Shown here: one piece after another, positions 62,615 through 64,000 of the stretch
Layout: every line of letters begins with the position of its first letter
Numbering within the stretch: position 1 is the first letter of the stretch
NCBI RefSeq assembly: GCF_001194135.2
Contig: NC_069003.1
Location: forward strand, 30,482,568 to 30,546,567
Source: Octopus bimaculoides
Taxonomy: Eukaryota
Reading direction: 5' to 3'
DNA: 64,000 nucleotides
The notes under the pieces: model-generated
The model's input: only the letters and a program-made list of their open reading frames with translations
What the model was told of the DNA's origin: nothing
The model's database searches: none
Position numbers and translations under genes: made by a program

Positions 62615-62704
62615 TTAAGACAGAACCTAACACAGATCCCGGGCCATCAGATTCTCCCTACCCAGCAACCACTGCTTCTGGGGACAATCTGGAAAACTTC
62701 TCAG
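62615..62704 (+). CDS. eya: eyes absent (Eya) coding exon, (V)KTEPNTDPGPSDSPYPATTASGDNLENFS(G); symmetric phase 1 to 1
   Basis: Acceptor tgttttattgttttcttataacag|T and donor TCAG|gtaagt at 62704/62705; 90 nt. Matches recalled EYA1 [25 protein letters not shown], including the VKTE SUMO consensus and the terminal L-x-x-F-S-G. Confidence 0.92.
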
Positions 62705-62857
62705 GTAAGTACCTTGTCATTTTGTTCCTTATTCATTCTGTTGACTTTCACTTTTTGTTATTGTTATCTTGACCCTAGGTCAGTCAAACCCTAAAACATT
62801 GCAGACAGGACCATTCCACCTTCTGTTTGTGTTATGTCCTAAATGTCGATTTAGGCA

Positions 62858-63387
62858 TAAGGCCAGCACTTTTGTGGGGCAGAGCTGAGTTGGTACCATT
62901 AACCCCTAATTCTTGACTGCTGCCTTATTTTAACTACTCCTATCCCTAAAAAGATGAAAGGTAGAAGTTAATCAGTGTGATTTTAAACAACCCTGCAAGT
63001 TAGGGGGAAGGGTTGAGTCAATCACATTGACTGCAGTATTTAATTGGTCTGATTTTATCAGCCCCGAAACAATGAAAGACAATGTCAGCCTCAGCAGAAT
63101 TTGAACTCAGAACATAAATACTGATGCTATGAAGCATTTTACCCAGTCTGTTAATGATTCTGTTAGCTCATGCCTAATAATAATAATAATAATTTCAAAT
63201 TTTAGCACAAGACCAGCAATTTCAGAGAAAGGAGAAAATTCATTACATTAACCCCAGTGCTCGACTGGCACGTATTTAATTGACCCTGAAAGAATGGAGG
63301 GCAAAGACAACCCTCGGCAGAATTTGAACTCCCATCATTTGCAGCATTTTGTCCGGCATGCTAATGATTCTGCCAGCTTGCTGCCTA

Positions 63388-63462
<75 letters not shown>

Positions 63463-63694
63463 TATAATAATAATAATTCTTTCTACTAAAGGCACAATGC
63501 CTGAAATTTTGGGGTAGTGGGACTAGTCAATTACATTCACCCCAGTGTTTCACTGGTACTTGATTTATCGACCCTAAAAGGATGAAAGGCAAAGTTGACC
63601 TTGGCAGAATTTGAACTCAGAACTTAAAGATGGATGGATGAAATGCCACTAAGCATTTTGCCCGGCGTGCTAACGACTCTGCCAGATTACTGCC

Positions 63695-63696
<2 letters not shown>
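62858..63696 (-). mobile_element. Tandem array of four SINE family B copies separated by long (AAT)n
   Basis: Copies at about 62858-62970, 62995-63175, 63194-63386 and 63478-63696; (AAT)n at 63389-63477 and 63697-63750. Confidence 0.85.
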
Positions 63697-63750
<54 letters not shown>

Positions 63751-63964
63751 CCTTGTTTTATTGGCCACAAGGGCTTAATATAAATCAAAGACTTGTAAGG
63801 ACAAAGACAGGACGAAAAGTACAAAGGGTTTTGTCCGAAAAGAAAACGTTCGTGTAAACATTAATAACAGCGAAAAAATATAACAAATAAGACTCCCAAT
63901 AGGGGGAGGCATTTTGAAAGGTTACACGTGGAAAGACCCATAAAAGCTATGGGAGCCTGGTCAA

Positions 63965-64000
<36 letters not shown>

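Overview
AT-rich, microsatellite- and retroposon-dense animal draft sequence with 19 N-gaps (about 5.2 kb in total). The repeat families point to an octopus, probably an Octopus bimaculoides-type assembly; that attribution is inference. None of the supplied ORF-track entries is a credible gene: they are simple repeats, N-runs or TE fragments. The real gene is on the + strand and is not in the ORF track. Three small coding exons (8540-8607, 38051-38316, 62615-62704) have canonical AG/GT ends and mutually compatible phases (0-2, 2-1, 1-1). They splice into an open 141-aa frame: VKRVRQKEVEDSVGDNTRNNNNRCLDLQSLAASPGG...QLTPNGTTDVKTEPNTDPGPSDSPYPATTASGDNLENFS(G). I recognise this as the N-terminal region of Eyes absent (eya/EYA). 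The start exon and the C-terminal Eya domain lie outside the window or in gaps. The 29.4-kb and 24.3-kb introns hold at least four tRNA-derived SINE families, two RTE-clade LINE families, TTAA/piggyBac-like and TA/Tc1-mariner-like MITEs, a Helentron-like element and several minisatellites. The main hidden signal is seven type I hammerhead-ribozyme-like motifs, in five unrelated sequence contexts. Most have the minimal, probably dimer-dependent architecture associated with Penelope-like elements, and one type is carried inside a tRNA-headed SINE. There are also several fold-back structures that would form dsRNA in the eya pre-mRNA.
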